This document shows positions 49,124-57,439 of a stretch of DNA of 64,000 nt, one piece after another (the stretch's first letter is position 1; each line of letters opens with the position of its first letter). Both the position numbers and the translations under genes were made by a program. This DNA is from a virus (lineage: Duplodnaviria; Caudoviricetes), in IMG/VR virus record IMGVR_UViG_2651870089_000025, positions 43,521 through 107,520 of that record. One strand, written 5' to 3'. The notes under the pieces were generated by a model that was given only the letters and a program-made list of their open reading frames with translations, made no database searches and was not told the origin of the DNA.

Positions 49124-49608
49124 TGGCTAGTTGGTATCAACGTGTAGTTGAAGATATAACTGTCCTTCCAGATTGCATAGACTATTTTGAAGGACAGTTA
49201 GCCGAAGCACGAAACGAAGTTAGATTTAACGGAAGTATTGAAAAAGCCTCAAGTGCTATTCCGGCTATTGTGCAAACAAGGTTTTCCGAGTTGCAAGAAA
49301 TTGAAGCAATTTTGGAGCATTTAAATATACATTTACGAAAGTTGCGAGCACAAACTTTTAGAATGTATTTAGAAAAATACAACAGGCAGTTAAGTTCGCG
49401 CGATGCAACGGCATTTGTTGACGGCGAACAAGTAGTTGTAGATCAATCAGAACTTATTAATGAATTTGGTTTATTACGCAACCAGTTTCTTGGGGTGTTG
49501 AAAGCACTAGAAGCAAAGCAGTTTCAAATCAACAACATTGTAAAATTACGTGTGGCCGGCCTCGAAGATTCTGAAATCAATATGTTTTACGGTAATCCTA
49601 ATAAGTAG
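49123..49608 (+). CDS. uvsY: Recombination mediator
   Basis: Helical; C-terminal KQFQINNIVKLRVAG; downstream of uvsX. Confidence 0.75.
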   Translation: MASWYQRVVEDITVLPDCIDYFEGQLAEARNEVRFNGSIEKASSAIPAIVQTRFSELQEIEAILEHLNIHLRKLRAQTFRMYLEKYNRQLSSRDATAFVDGEQVVVDQSELINEFGLLRNQFLGVLKALEAKQFQINNIVKLRVAGLEDSEINMFYGNPNK

Positions 49609-49628
49609 TAATAGATGTAGATAATTTG

Positions 49629-49658
49629 TTGACAAGCAAGTTGTCTATAGTGTATAAT
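49629..49658 (+). promoter_or_regulatory. sigma70-type promoter
   Basis: TTGACA-18-TATAAT. Confidence 0.65.
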
Positions 49659-49691
49659 AGTTACATTAATTTATTGTAAAGGAGAATTGTA

Positions 49692-50093
49692 ATGAGTATT
49701 AATCTACGTAAAGCCGCCACTTTACAAGAGCAAATTCGTCAAACTATCAGTGACATAAATCTTGACAGCGTACCAAACGGCGAGTTACCAGATCGTTTAA
49801 ATCGTGTAGAAGAACTTGAGTCAGTACTTTTTAGTTTGCGAGATAAAGTAGGCAAAGCAAATGTTGAATCTGGTGTTAGTACTTTGTTAACTAAGAGAGT
49901 TCAACTTAACACACTTATTAGCAGATACGAAAAATTAGTTCGCAATGGACACGAAGAATATAAATCCAAGTTATCTGACTTCCGTCGCGAGAGAGTAACA
50001 ATAAGTGAACAAATTTTAGAGTTGAATGTTAGTTCTATGGTTAATTTAACAGAAACAGACATGAATGTGCTTGCTAAAGAAGAGATAGTATAA
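49692..50093 (+). CDS. Coiled-coil hypothetical protein
   Basis: 133 aa; AAGGAG SD; heptad-like pattern. Confidence 0.7.
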   Translation: MSINLRKAATLQEQIRQTISDINLDSVPNGELPDRLNRVEELESVLFSLRDKVGKANVESGVSTLLTKRVQLNTLISRYEKLVRNGHEEYKSKLSDFRRERVTISEQILELNVSSMVNLTETDMNVLAKEEIV

Positions 50094-50101
50094 ATACAGT
50101 C

Positions 50102-50242
50102 GTAACCGGGTGTTGTAGGGTAAACAAGCGAAGACGAAAACAATACTTGCTAATATTGTTCTAGAGATAAAGATAAGATAAGATAAGGTATACCTGGTTA
50201 TTTGCTGGAAGGGCGTCAGAAATGGCGCCTTTCTTTTTTTTT
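50102..50242 (+). ncRNA. Putative ~140-nt structured late ncRNA with GAUAA repeats
   Basis: TATAAATA at 50089-50096; 11-bp closing stem 50103-50113/50190-50200; inner stem 50139-50145/50154-50160; terminator at 50208-50242; no plausible ORF. Confidence 0.6.
50208..50242 (+). terminator. Rho-independent terminator
   Basis: GAAGGGCGTCA-GAAA-TGGCGCCTTTC followed by a T run. Confidence 0.85.
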
Positions 50243-50284
50243 GTTTATAATTGACAAATGCGGTTTATCTGTTATTATAATAGT

Positions 50285-50491
50285 ATGAATAAAATAGAAA
50301 AAATGGTCAAAGAATGCGTAGACGCCATAGGCGACATTGCTATGAAGAATGACATAAATATTATTGATGAGGATTTTGTTAAAGACATAGCACTTTCGTC
50401 AAAGTTTTTAAACGCAGCCTTTGATCGACAATTTTGTCAAGAAAACGTTTTACACGAGCATATGTCTAAATTAACAAATTCTCTATCTTAA
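50285..50491 (+). CDS. Hypothetical protein (leaderless, early)
   Basis: TTGACA (50251)-16-TATTAT (50273-50278); ATG 6 nt downstream. Confidence 0.55.
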   Translation: MNKIEKMVKECVDAIGDIAMKNDINIIDEDFVKDIALSSKFLNAAFDRQFCQENVLHEHMSKLTNSLS

Positions 50492-50509
50492 CGATAGGGG
50501 CGTTCGTAA

Positions 50510-50839
50510 GTGAGATACAAGTTATATCTAGATAATGCTGGTCTTCCGGTGCATATCGGGTCAGGATTTAAAGGCACCGCTGGCTGGACAATAAAACAGG
50601 ATTATGATGATGTAATTGATCATATAGAGAAACATGGTTGTCCTGTGTTTATCAGTTTTGGTAATCAAATAAGTGGTGGTTTAGGTAAAACAATGTACGA
50701 TTTAGCCAACTGGCTTATTGCACAAGATCTAAAAGGACAGTTTTTTCCCGATGATTTTGATTTTACTGTACACTCAGACAACCCTATGGATGTTGCAAAT
50801 ATTTCTAATCTATTGAACGCTTATTTAAGGTCTCGCTAG
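50510..50839 (+). CDS. Cyclic-phosphate-processing receiver (cREC)-like domain protein, degenerate
   Basis: KLYLDN, ISFGN, TVHSDNP resemble the LFLDD, ISFDHDLG and VHSxNP motifs. Confidence 0.6.
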   Translation: MRYKLYLDNAGLPVHIGSGFKGTAGWTIKQDYDDVIDHIEKHGCPVFISFGNQISGGLGKTMYDLANWLIAQDLKGQFFPDDFDFTVHSDNPMDVANISNLLNAYLRSR

Positions 50840-51823
50840 GCCTCGATTAATTAACTCTTTAATCTTGCCCATTTGCAATACATCGTGTATAGTCATAGTT
50901 GACGAATTCCACCATGGGTCTAAGTCTAGTTCTATAATTATTTTTATTGTAGTTTCGTGTGCATATTGTAGTTCGGCTTTTTTTGCCTTGGTAAACTTAA
51001 AGTTTGGTTCTATGTTGTAAATGTCGCTTACATTTTGATCTATGATTAATTTATCCATATCGATTAATTTTTCGTTGCTATCGAGATCAAACAAAAGATT
51101 TTCGGTGTAATCTTCGATAAAGTAATTAATATATTGTTTAAGTTCTATACCTGTGATTAGGTGTTTATTGTGCTTTGTCTTAACTTTTTCAAAGTGAGTA
51201 ATATATTTGTATAACCCTAACACCATTGGCAACCATGTTCTGTTTTTACTAAATCTAGCGTATACTTTGTTTTGAAATTTTAGATCTATTGGTGTCTTTG
51301 TATTTTGTGTAGGCAATCGATATGGGTAGTGATGAAACTTTAAATATTTAAAAGACGATAATAATATATTATCAGGAATTTGCAATGGCCGTGACAATGG
51401 AATTGTTATAATCTCGTTAAGTTTTTTAGTTTCGTTTATGTTATTTAAAACAAACTCCTCGTTATTAAAATACTTTTCCCAGGAGATACTAGGCAAGTTG
51501 AAAGTGTACTTTAATAGTAAAATAGTTCTAATGTATATTTTAAGTATAGTTTCTTCTGATTCGTTTGTATAATGTTTTTTAATTTTTTTGTAAATAGGAG
51601 TTTCTTGATAGCCAGCAGTACCAAATATACATTCAACAACATCATTTGAAAGCCACTCGTAGTTAGTCTTTAATGGATTGGTACTTTTTGCAGACACATT
51701 GATTAAATTAGGATTTTCTGTTTTGTGATGATCCTCAAGCAAAAAATGCATTAAAAAATGTCCCATAGATCCCGGAGGATAAATGAGAGGAGTAAAATGG
51801 TTAAAAAATGTTTCGCCGAGCAT
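50825..51823 (-). CDS. Hypothetical protein
   Basis: 332 aa; YPPGSMGHFL N-terminal motif; TATAAATA at 51828-51835 (minus), 4 nt upstream of the ATG. Confidence 0.6.
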   Translation of the reverse strand: MLGETFFNHFTPLIYPPGSMGHFLMHFLLEDHHKTENPNLINVSAKSTNPLKTNYEWLSNDVVECIFGTAGYQETPIYKKIKKHYTNESEETILKIYIRTILLLKYTFNLPSISWEKYFNNEEFVLNNINETKKLNEIITIPLSRPLQIPDNILLSSFKYLKFHHYPYRLPTQNTKTPIDLKFQNKVYARFSKNRTWLPMVLGLYKYITHFEKVKTKHNKHLITGIELKQYINYFIEDYTENLLFDLDSNEKLIDMDKLIIDQNVSDIYNIEPNFKFTKAKKAELQYAHETTIKIIIELDLDPWWNSSTMTIHDVLQMGKIKELINRGLARP

Positions 51824-51937
51824 CAGTTATTTATAGCACGTTTCAATGCTGGATGTTGTATAGATAAGAACTATTCTTATTTAAAAACCTATAAAAACAA
51901 GCGGTTTTTTGTTGTAAAAATCCCACACTTTTTAAGA

Positions 51938-51965
51938 TTGACATATTTGGGTTATCAGGTATAAT
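51938..51965 (+). promoter_or_regulatory. sigma70-type promoter
   Basis: TTGACA-16-TATAAT. Confidence 0.7.
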
Positions 51966-51972
51966 GTATATA

Positions 51973-52113
51973 ATGATTGAGATACTTCTGTTTTTAATCC
52001 TGCTAGTGCTGGTAGTTAAATGGCTACCGGGTATAGCAACTTTTGTAGTCAGTGCTATTTTAGCCATTTGTGCGTTAATTGGCGCTCTTGTGCTATTAGT
52101 AGCATTTCTTTAA
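51973..52113 (+). CDS. 46-aa two-helix membrane microprotein (absent from the ORF track)
   Basis: MIEILLFLILLVLVVKWLPGIATFVVSAILAICALIGALVLLVAFL; ATG 7 nt after the -10 box. Confidence 0.6.
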   Translation: MIEILLFLILLVLVVKWLPGIATFVVSAILAICALIGALVLLVAFL

Positions 52114-52133
52114 CCTTTAACAAGGAAATATTT

Positions 52134-53216
52134 ATGTCCGCTCGTGTAAAGATTATTTCCGGTACTTACCGGAAACACCCTGTTTGCAATATGGTTTTTG
52201 ATATAGCGTCTGATCTTTTGCCGAAAGAAAAATCCACATCAATCACGGTTGATTGCTCGCACCTATTAGGCCCGGACGCACCGTTTCCGTGGAACAAGGT
52301 TGGTGCAAACGGCAAAGCCAAGATTAAAGTAGCCAACTCAGAGGATTACGAGATAGTGTCCTCTGATGTGCCCGTTGGCTCTGCTGACCCTGCCGCTCCA
52401 AAAACACCAGTTGAAACAGATGAGGAAGCGATTGCACGAATTCGCGAACGCTTTAAGATTCTCGAAGACATGACCGAGGCCGCAATGGAAGGCACGGTGC
52501 GTGGCATGATTGTCTCAGGCCCTCCGGGTGTTGGTAAGTCCTACGGTGTTGAAGAAACACTTGAGCGACATCACACCTTTCAGAAACTTGCCGGCAAAGC
52601 ACCTAAATACATGGTCATTAAAGGTGCAATGACCGCCCTCGGTTTATACGCTCTGCTTTACAACTGGAGTGACCCGGGTCGAGTGTTAGTGCTTGACGAC
52701 TGTGACACAATCCTCTGGGATGAGTTGGCTCTTAACATTCTCAAAGGCGCGCTCGACTCCGGCAAGCATCGTAGGATTCATTGGAACGCAGATTCCTCAA
52801 AACTTCGTAACGAAGGTATCCCGGACCAGTTTGATTTTCAGGGCTCTATCATCTTTATTTCAAACTTAAAGTTTGATGCTATTACGCAAGGCAACAGACT
52901 TGGCAAGATTCGAGATCACTTGGAGGCTATTATCTCCCGATGTCACTACTTGGATCTCACCCTGGACACGATGCGCGATCGTATGATGCGTATTAAACAA
53001 CTGGTCGGCGACGGTATGCTGAATGAGCATACGCTTGCAGACGGCGACGAAGAGATGCTAATCAACTATGTTGATGAGAACAAAGACCGGTTGCGAGAAG
53101 TGTCCCTTCGAATGGTACTTAAGATTGCCGACTTGTACAAAATGGCTCCCCAAGACGACAAGTGGAAGCGACTGGTTGAGACTACTTGTATGAAGCGGGA
53201 GTTGATTGCCGCGTAA
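52134..53216 (+). CDS. AAA+/P-loop ATPase
   Basis: SGPPGVGKS, LVLDDCD, IFISN, AIISRC; AAGGA SD before the ATG at 52134. Confidence 0.8.
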   Translation: MSARVKIISGTYRKHPVCNMVFDIASDLLPKEKSTSITVDCSHLLGPDAPFPWNKVGANGKAKIKVANSEDYEIVSSDVPVGSADPAAPKTPVETDEEAIARIRERFKILEDMTEAAMEGTVRGMIVSGPPGVGKSYGVEETLERHHTFQKLAGKAPKYMVIKGAMTALGLYALLYNWSDPGRVLVLDDCDTILWDELALNILKGALDSGKHRRIHWNADSSKLRNEGIPDQFDFQGSIIFISNLKFDAITQGNRLGKIRDHLEAIISRCHYLDLTLDTMRDRMMRIKQLVGDGMLNEHTLADGDEEMLINYVDENKDRLREVSLRMVLKIADLYKMAPQDDKWKRLVETTCMKRELIAA

Positions 53217-53222
53217 AGTTTA

Positions 53223-53268
53223 CATTGTCCGAGCGGACAATGGCCGGGGGGAGACCCCCGGTTTTTTT
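53223..53268 (+). terminator. Tandem hairpins ending in a rho-independent terminator
   Basis: CATTGTCC-GAGC-GGACAATG, then CCGGGGG-GAGA-CCCCCGG-TTTTTTT. Confidence 0.8.
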
Positions 53269-53271
53269 ATG

Positions 53272-53300
53272 TTGACTTTTCTAACATTTTACTATAAAAT
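53272..53300 (+). promoter_or_regulatory. sigma70-type promoter (leaderless uvsW)
   Basis: TTGACT-17-TAAAAT; ATG 6 nt downstream. Confidence 0.65.
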
Positions 53301-53306
53301 ATTACA

Positions 53307-54761
53307 ATGGCAAAAGCAAGATTAATTATTCGCGACGAAGTTAATATCAAGTTGGACCAAATTGATCCATCTACTCGTCGTAAAATGTCTGCGGCTTTAA
53401 AGTATATGTTGCCGTATGCTTATCACATGCCAGCGTACAAGTTAGGAAGATGGGACGGTTCTATTAGATTTTGCGATATAGGCGGTAGAACATATTTAAA
53501 TTTATTGGATACGCTACTACCAATAATACAAGATGCTGGATATGATATTGAAATTGAAGACCATAGGCAGACGTGGAACTTGCATTTTGACGAAATAGAT
53601 GACACGTATTTAAGTGATACACTATGGCCAGACGGGCATATGCTTGCAGGACAACCTATTGTATTACGTGATTATCAAGTAGAGGCTATTAATAACTTTT
53701 TACAGCATCTACAGAGTTTACAGGAAATAGCAACTGCCGCCGGTAAAACAATAATAACTGCTACATTGAGTAAGTTATGTGAACAGTATGGACGAACTAT
53801 TGTTATTGTGCCAAACAAAAGTCTTGTAACTCAAACGGAAGAAGACTATCGTAACATAGGATTAGATGTTGGAGTATTTTATGGAGACAGAAAGGAATAT
53901 GGTCACCAGCATACCATTTGTACTTGGCAGTCTTTAAATGTATTGTTAAAAAAGAGTAAGAGACAAGAAGCAGACATAGACATAGAACAGTTTATTGACG
54001 ATGTCATTTGTATAATGGTCGATGAGGTACATCAGGCAAAAGCAGATGTATTAAAGGAACTGCTTACTGGCGTCTTTGCTAATATACCTATCCGTTGGGG
54101 TCTTACAGGTACAATACCCAAAGAGGAGTATGAGTTTGTAAGCCTTAAAGCAAGTTTAGGAGAGGTTATAAATCGTATAAGTGCCCATTCATTACAGCAG
54201 AAGGGTGTACTTAGTAACTGCGAAGTTAAAGTGCTACAGTTAAAGGATGATGTTGAGTATCCAAACTACCCTGCTGAGTTAAAATACTTGTCTACTGACG
54301 CTAATAGAATAGACTACTTGTCTAGCGTAATACAAGACATAGCAACAACAGGAAACACACTTGTATTAATTGATAGAATTAAAACAGGTGAGATGTTAAT
54401 GGAGCGTTTACCTGATGCTATGTTTGTAAGGGGTGCTACAAAAAACGAGGATCGTAAAGAGACATACGACGAAGTAGCAACTAGCAATGACAGTTTAATT
54501 GTAGCAACATACGGCGTTGCGGCAGTAGGTATCAACATACCACGCATCTTTAATCTCGTATTAATAGAGCCTGGTAAAAGTTTTGTAAGAGTTATACAAA
54601 GCATTGGACGAGGAATTAGAAAAGCACACGACAAAGACTTTGTTCAAATTTGGGATGTAACTAGCAATTGTAAATACAGTAAACGACATTTAACAACAAG
54701 AAAGAAGTATTATCGCGAAGCAAATTATCCTTTCAATGTCGAAAAGATTTCGTATAAATAA
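53307..54761 (+). CDS. uvsW: SF2 DNA helicase
   Basis: LRDYQ, ATAAGKT, VDEVH, GLTGT, IQSIGRGIR. Confidence 0.9.
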   Translation: MAKARLIIRDEVNIKLDQIDPSTRRKMSAALKYMLPYAYHMPAYKLGRWDGSIRFCDIGGRTYLNLLDTLLPIIQDAGYDIEIEDHRQTWNLHFDEIDDTYLSDTLWPDGHMLAGQPIVLRDYQVEAINNFLQHLQSLQEIATAAGKTIITATLSKLCEQYGRTIVIVPNKSLVTQTEEDYRNIGLDVGVFYGDRKEYGHQHTICTWQSLNVLLKKSKRQEADIDIEQFIDDVICIMVDEVHQAKADVLKELLTGVFANIPIRWGLTGTIPKEEYEFVSLKASLGEVINRISAHSLQQKGVLSNCEVKVLQLKDDVEYPNYPAELKYLSTDANRIDYLSSVIQDIATTGNTLVLIDRIKTGEMLMERLPDAMFVRGATKNEDRKETYDEVATSNDSLIVATYGVAAVGINIPRIFNLVLIEPGKSFVRVIQSIGRGIRKAHDKDFVQIWDVTSNCKYSKRHLTTRKKYYREANYPFNVEKISYK

Positions 54762-54798
54762 CTTGCAAATAAGTTTGTAATGTCATATAATAATAAAA

Positions 54799-55302
54799 AT
54801 GCAGATATTAACAATAGATAACAACGCATATAGTTTAAATAGTTTACCTGATGTAATTGACGACGTACGATATTGTGTATTAGATACAACAGATCCTTCA
54901 TTTATTGACTATTACTTTTTACCACTAATATTTTTAGAAAGTTTCAGTACACCCGCAGTTGTACTGCAAGTTGGTAACTATCAAATACAAATGCCATTAG
55001 ATTGGAGTGTATTAGTAGGAGATCCAAGTCAGGGTGATATGGAAATTATTCCTCTTGCTAATTTAAACGACAGGGGATTTGAAACACTATTATATAATCC
55101 GTTAGATGGCTTTATGCCAACTTGGGCACCAATACAAATAATAAATGTATTTGTTGAGGTAAAATGGTTCTTCCCAAAGTTAAAGTTTGGTCATATATTA
55201 ACAATGCCTATTGAAAATAAAAAGGGCCCGTTGTGTGGATACTTTGTAAAGGAAACAAACAAGATACCCGATGTCATTGACATTGGCGATATTATCTTAT
55301 GA
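54799..55302 (+). CDS. Conserved hypothetical protein
   Basis: TTGCAA-17-TATAAT upstream; DYYFLPLIFLESF motif. Confidence 0.6.
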   Translation: MQILTIDNNAYSLNSLPDVIDDVRYCVLDTTDPSFIDYYFLPLIFLESFSTPAVVLQVGNYQIQMPLDWSVLVGDPSQGDMEIIPLANLNDRGFETLLYNPLDGFMPTWAPIQIINVFVEVKWFFPKLKFGHILTMPIENKKGPLCGYFVKETNKIPDVIDIGDIIL

Positions 55303-55784
55303 AAGTTGATATGTTTAAAGAAATTCTTCCTGCTATAGGCAGAAAGAATAGAAACTTTTATAAAAATCTTCCACTTGAAGCACAAAAGAGTTCTGTTGTA
55401 AATTTTTGGATGGTGCATCGGTGGGCAACTTGTCCAATTAAAAACAAAGAGCACTATATTTTATTTGTTAATGAATTATGTAATCGTAACTACAGCGAAA
55501 TAAGCAAACACCCAGAGTTGCAATGGCTACTGTTAAGTGCCATCGGGATAGGGCCCGAACAGTATCGAGGACAATGGGTTGGCACACCTAGTAGTAGAAC
55601 AAAGGAAAGCAAAATAGATAAATTTTTGTTAGAAGTATACCCAACTATCAGCGATGATGAATTAACTTTATTAAAGGAAACAAATACACAAGATGACTTC
55701 AAAGACCTTGCAAAAGACATGGGATACAACGACAAACAAATTCTTGATATCTTTGATGGAAAATCTAGAAATAAAAAAGACTGA
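55299..55784 (+). CDS. Putative clamp-loader small subunit (T4 gp62-like)
   Basis: FWMVHRW..ILFVNE..KHPELQWLLL pattern; replication context. Confidence 0.45.
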   Translation: MKVDMFKEILPAIGRKNRNFYKNLPLEAQKSSVVNFWMVHRWATCPIKNKEHYILFVNELCNRNYSEISKHPELQWLLLSAIGIGPEQYRGQWVGTPSSRTKESKIDKFLLEVYPTISDDELTLLKETNTQDDFKDLAKDMGYNDKQILDIFDGKSRNKKD

Positions 55785-56463
55785 AGGGTTTAAATGTAAA
55801 TTTTGTAATAGAGACTACAAGAGCGTTAAAACATTAGGAGCCCATATGTGTGAGCAGAAGCGTAGGCATACTGCTCAAGGAGAAAAGCATGTTCAACTTG
55901 GTTTTCGTGCATTCCAGCGATTTTATGAATTAAACTCTACTGCAATAAAGCCCAAGCCTAAAACATTTGATGAATTCAGGCAGTCGCAGTTTTATCTTTC
56001 TTTTGTAAAGTTTGGTAGGTTTGCAAAAGATGTAAATTGCTTACAGCATGAAGATTTTGTCGAATGGCTAGTAAAGAACAATTTAAAATTAGATGACTGG
56101 GCCAAAGATGGTGCTTATGAGTTGTTTGTTAGAGATTATACAAATAATGAGTCAGCAGAAGAAGCACTTGAGCGAAGCGTTAAGTTTATGCGTAAGTGGG
56201 AAGAAAAAGAAAAGAAAAATTGGTCATCGTTTTTTAATACAGTTAGTTCGAACATATTTACATACTGGGTTAGAACAGGGCGTGTGTCGCCATGGGTAGT
56301 ATTTAATTGCCAGACTGGGCAAGGTGCACTAAACAATTTAAGCGACGAGCAAATGGCGTTAGTAGCGGATGCACTAGATCCTAGTTTTTGGTTTAGAAAG
56401 TTTGAGAACAACCAAGACGAAGTTGCGTTTGTTAAAGCAGTTTTATCTGAAGCAGGATTATGA
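55756..56463 (+). CDS. Zinc-finger-containing hypothetical protein
   Basis: FKCKFCNRDY..HMCEQKRR; start chosen at the internal ATG 55756. Confidence 0.6.
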   Translation: MENLEIKKTEGFKCKFCNRDYKSVKTLGAHMCEQKRRHTAQGEKHVQLGFRAFQRFYELNSTAIKPKPKTFDEFRQSQFYLSFVKFGRFAKDVNCLQHEDFVEWLVKNNLKLDDWAKDGAYELFVRDYTNNESAEEALERSVKFMRKWEEKEKKNWSSFFNTVSSNIFTYWVRTGRVSPWVVFNCQTGQGALNNLSDEQMALVADALDPSFWFRKFENNQDEVAFVKAVLSEAGL

Positions 56464-57020
56464 AATTACCTGATATTGATATTGATTTAAAAAATAGAGA
56501 TGATGTTTTGAGCATCTTAAAGCATATTCCTGCGAGCATTGACGGAGAAAAAAAGCATAACACTGGGGTATATTTTAATAGCATCCCTGTTAATCCATTT
56601 ACTGGAACGTCTAGCATTGATTATAAAGAAGCAGAGTCTCGCAATTATTTTAAATTAGATCTTTTAAATGTAAGTGTGTACGAGTATGTTACAAGCAATG
56701 ATCATATGGAAGAATTGGTTAAACAAGAACCAGTATGGGAGTTACTGGAATATGAGGACATTGTAGAGCAGTTGTTTCATATAAACAATCATTTTGATGT
56801 TGTAAAACAATTGAAACCTCGTAGTATAGAGCAGTTAGCGGCAGTATTAGCAGTTATTCGTCCTGCAAAACGGTATTTGGTTAATAAAGATTGGGATACA
56901 ATCAATAAAGAAGTATGGCTCAAGGTGGAAGATGCATATTCCTTTAAAAAATCTCACGCAATAGCGTATGCACTGGCTATTGTAGTTCAATTAAATTCAA
57001 TTATAGAAGAGGCTAGTTAG
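56460..57020 (+). CDS. Miniature family-C DNA polymerase (DnaE-like) catalytic core
   Basis: PDIDID, KHNTGVY, FKLDLLN, LAVIRP and YSFKKSHAIAYA in 186 aa. Confidence 0.75.
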   Translation: MKLPDIDIDLKNRDDVLSILKHIPASIDGEKKHNTGVYFNSIPVNPFTGTSSIDYKEAESRNYFKLDLLNVSVYEYVTSNDHMEELVKQEPVWELLEYEDIVEQLFHINNHFDVVKQLKPRSIEQLAAVLAVIRPAKRYLVNKDWDTINKEVWLKVEDAYSFKKSHAIAYALAIVVQLNSIIEEAS

Positions 57021-57393
57021 TTTTTTCGATTTTGCGAACTAGTTGTACAGTTCTGCGTTTAACTCTTTTGCGTATAATATTATGAAGGCTTGTAATTGGG
57101 CCAAATAAAAATTCAACGTCTTTGCTGACAAGATTTTTTAAGCAATAGCGAAATGGTTCTATTTCTTGCGGTAAAAATAAGTTTATAGGCGTAATGCGGT
57201 TACTTTCCCACCACCATGTCTCTCCTAGTGCAATAAATTTTTCTTTATCTGTTGTTCTAACTTTATTATAGCAATATATACTCGTTATTTGGGCATTGTG
57301 ATTTTGTATAATGCCGATAATCTCCTGGTCTGCATACTTAATACCAGTTAAAAAGGGATATTTATCGGTAATATGTTGAATGTCGTCGAGCAT
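57013..57393 (-). CDS. Conserved hypothetical protein
   Basis: GETWWWESNRITPINLF; late-type ATAAGTA 6 nt upstream. Confidence 0.6.
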   Translation of the reverse strand: MLDDIQHITDKYPFLTGIKYADQEIIGIIQNHNAQITSIYCYNKVRTTDKEKFIALGETWWWESNRITPINLFLPQEIEPFRYCLKNLVSKDVEFLFGPITSLHNIIRKRVKRRTVQLVRKIEKTN

Positions 57394-57439
57394 ATATTGT
57401 ACTTATTCTAATAAATATATTTAAGAGTGAAAACAAACA

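Noticed and set aside
50160-50190. GATAA repeats as a CRISPR array or replication iterons
   Set aside because: Only four contiguous 5-6-nt units with no spacers; better explained as part of a promoter- and terminator-bounded RNA, although a DNA-level role is not excluded
52020-52133. Longer start for the AAA ATPase
   Set aside because: The SD-preceded ATG at 52134 and the overlapping 46-aa membrane ORF explain the region better
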